A DNA stretch of 62,342 bases, the filler included, from Stramenopiles sp. TOSAG23-6 (lineage: Eukaryota), in the NCBI GenBank assembly GCA_900128565.1. It is 32 parts of 32 records of this genome, joined end to end, with 100 filler letters (N's around TTAATTAATTAA, not from the genome) between each part and the next. Parts side by side here need not be neighbours in the genome. Positions count along the whole stretch, not along the records: positions 60,509 to 62,342 come from LT638540.1; 31 more parts are not named here. One strand, given 5' to 3'. Each line of letters begins with the position of its first letter. Positions within the stretch are counted from its first letter, which is position 1. The position numbers and the translations under genes were made by a program. The notes below the pieces were generated by a model that saw nothing but the letters and a program-made list of their open reading frames with translations, searched no databases and was not told the origin of the DNA. Below are positions 60,872-62,342 of this stretch, in pieces.

Positions 60872-61651
60872 TTATTGTTTTATATAGATGATGTCTTTAA
60901 AATTCTCCGTATGCTGTTGATCTCGTCGATTGTTAATCCTGTTGATAAAGCGTATGTTTCGGCCGCTACATTTTCTTTGGTTTGGATATTTGTCATCTAG
61001 AAAAAGCAATGAACCAGCATTTATTTCACCATCTGCTTTAGCTTTACATAAATGATTCTGTGACCTAGAATAATCGTCTAACACCATTTGTGGTGTTGCA
61101 CCACATAATAACAATAGAAGTGCCGTTATGAGTCCAGTTCTATCCTTTCCATGAACGCAGTGAACAAGGATTGGATAATTTTTTTCTTCGGTGTATACTC
61201 GAAGTGCTTCAGCTACAGCTGGTTTGCTATACGTCAAAATAGTTTTGTATAAGTTTGTTAGCCCAACTCTTTCAAAAATAAGTTGTGCAAGTAATTCGTC
61301 CCTATTTTTATTGAATAAAGCAGGTATACTACAATTTGGTGGCAGACGTGCTAAAAGGCGTAAGCCTGTAGGGAATGTTGGAACCAGGTTCACATTGACG
61401 TAATTAATGTCTTTATTTTTTAGTTTGTTATTTTCTCTTCCAGGGCGTCGTAAGTCTAAAACTGTTCCACAATATTCTGGATAGTGTATATTTTTGTCAA
61501 TCGAGCATTCACTTTCAACAGGATTGTTTTCATGTGTAGGTATTTTAAAAATATCAATAGTATATTGCTGAGATGAACGGTACAACATTCCTAGTCGTAA
61601 AATATTACATTTCTCTCCAACGTCTCTCATATTGACATCCGGACTAAACAT
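60872..61651 (-). CDS. Protein tyrosine phosphatase-like (PtpB/Y_phosphatase3 type)
   Basis: NMRDVG, LYRSS, VLDLRR, PILVHCVHGKDRTG and DYSRS motifs. The C-terminus may be frameshifted. Confidence 0.82.
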   Translation of the reverse strand: MFSPDVNMRDVGEKCNILRLGMLYRSSQQYTIDIFKIPTHENNPVESECSIDKNIHYPEYCGTVLDLRRPGRENNKLKNKDINYVNVNLVPTFPTGLRLLARLPPNCSIPALFNKNRDELLAQLIFERVGLTNLYKTILTYSKPAVAEALRVYTEEKNYPILVHCVHGKDRTGLITALLLLLCGATPQMVLDDYSRSQNHLCKAKADGEINAGSLLFLDDKYPNQRKCSGRNIRFINRINNRRDQQHTENFKDIIYIKQ

Positions 61652-62342
61652 ACTTTAAATTCTATCACTATCTGGAGAAGTTACTAAATTGACGAATGTG
61701 TAATATATTTAGCAATATATTTTAGATTCATAGAGACTTCGAAGGAGAAAGAAGAGTTCCAGTTCCTTGTCGAAGTTCGAAGTTTTATAGTTTGTTTTTG
61801 TTTTTTGTATTCCAAAATATGACAGTTTCTTTTGGTGTCTGTCAGTCAAGCCAAGCAATACCTCCTACTACTAGCTATTATAGGTTACAGTAAAGTATTA
61901 TTTATTAGTACTACTACTAACAGCACTACATATTTTCATCATTTCCGTCGGAATTGACTCACCACGGTACATTATCAACACATTTAAAATCTTTATAAAC
62001 TTGTTTTTAACAAGTGAACTTTAAAAAATATGTGGAAAAAGGCATTATCTGGATCACATGATAGACACAAACCTTCAACCATCCCATACAAAGGACCATC
62101 AACACGACGAAAGCCACCAAATAGCCCAACGTCTCAAAAATCATCAAAGACACCTTCTGTCGAAAATAAAACAGATTCAAAACTACCACTGACGGCCTTA
62201 GAGAGGGTAATGGCTGCACGGAGGGGGAAAGCGCCACCTATTCCAAGCTACTTAAACGATGACTCTTCTGATACCTCCTCCGATGAAGGTGAAGAGGTTT
62301 CGAAACCAATGTCTCGGCAAGATCAACAGAAACAAATACGTC

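Overview
This is not contiguous genomic DNA. It is 32 short (~1.83-1.86 kb) eukaryotic contigs joined by artificial N44-TTAATTAATTAA-N44 spacers and sorted by decreasing length. Only about 21 are unique: one contig occurs 5 times and another 8 times. The genes are those of an AT-rich protist using the standard code (PES1, RPB7, LSM12-like, RPF2, acyl-CoA ligase, strawberry notch, RACK1, prefoldin 5, GMC oxidoreductase, SPB1, THOC6-like, DeSI-PUL, Nipped-B, H2A and others); a stramenopile-like single-cell or metagenome assembly is only a guess. The main result is a family of about 31 distinct, homologous 90-145 nt inserts that interrupt coding sequences, always in the sense orientation. Their consensus is (AT)|GTAYGTTTT..T-runs..TTCGAA..TTCGTACGAAATTTTGTACCTAAC..TTGAAATATTTTTCCAAAATACAT|. 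Removing them restores the reading frame and conserved motifs in nearly all complete copies (two need a shifted end and one has a gap at its donor). They have a GT (once GC) donor and a CCTAAC branch-like motif, but end in AT (once AA) rather than AG. They also carry short terminal inverted repeats and an apparent AT target-site duplication. They look like a transposon-derived (introner-like) family of non-canonical GT-AT introns, and they are essentially the only intron type in the AT-rich contigs. The single canonical GT-AG intron candidate lies in a GC-richer contig that may come from another organism.
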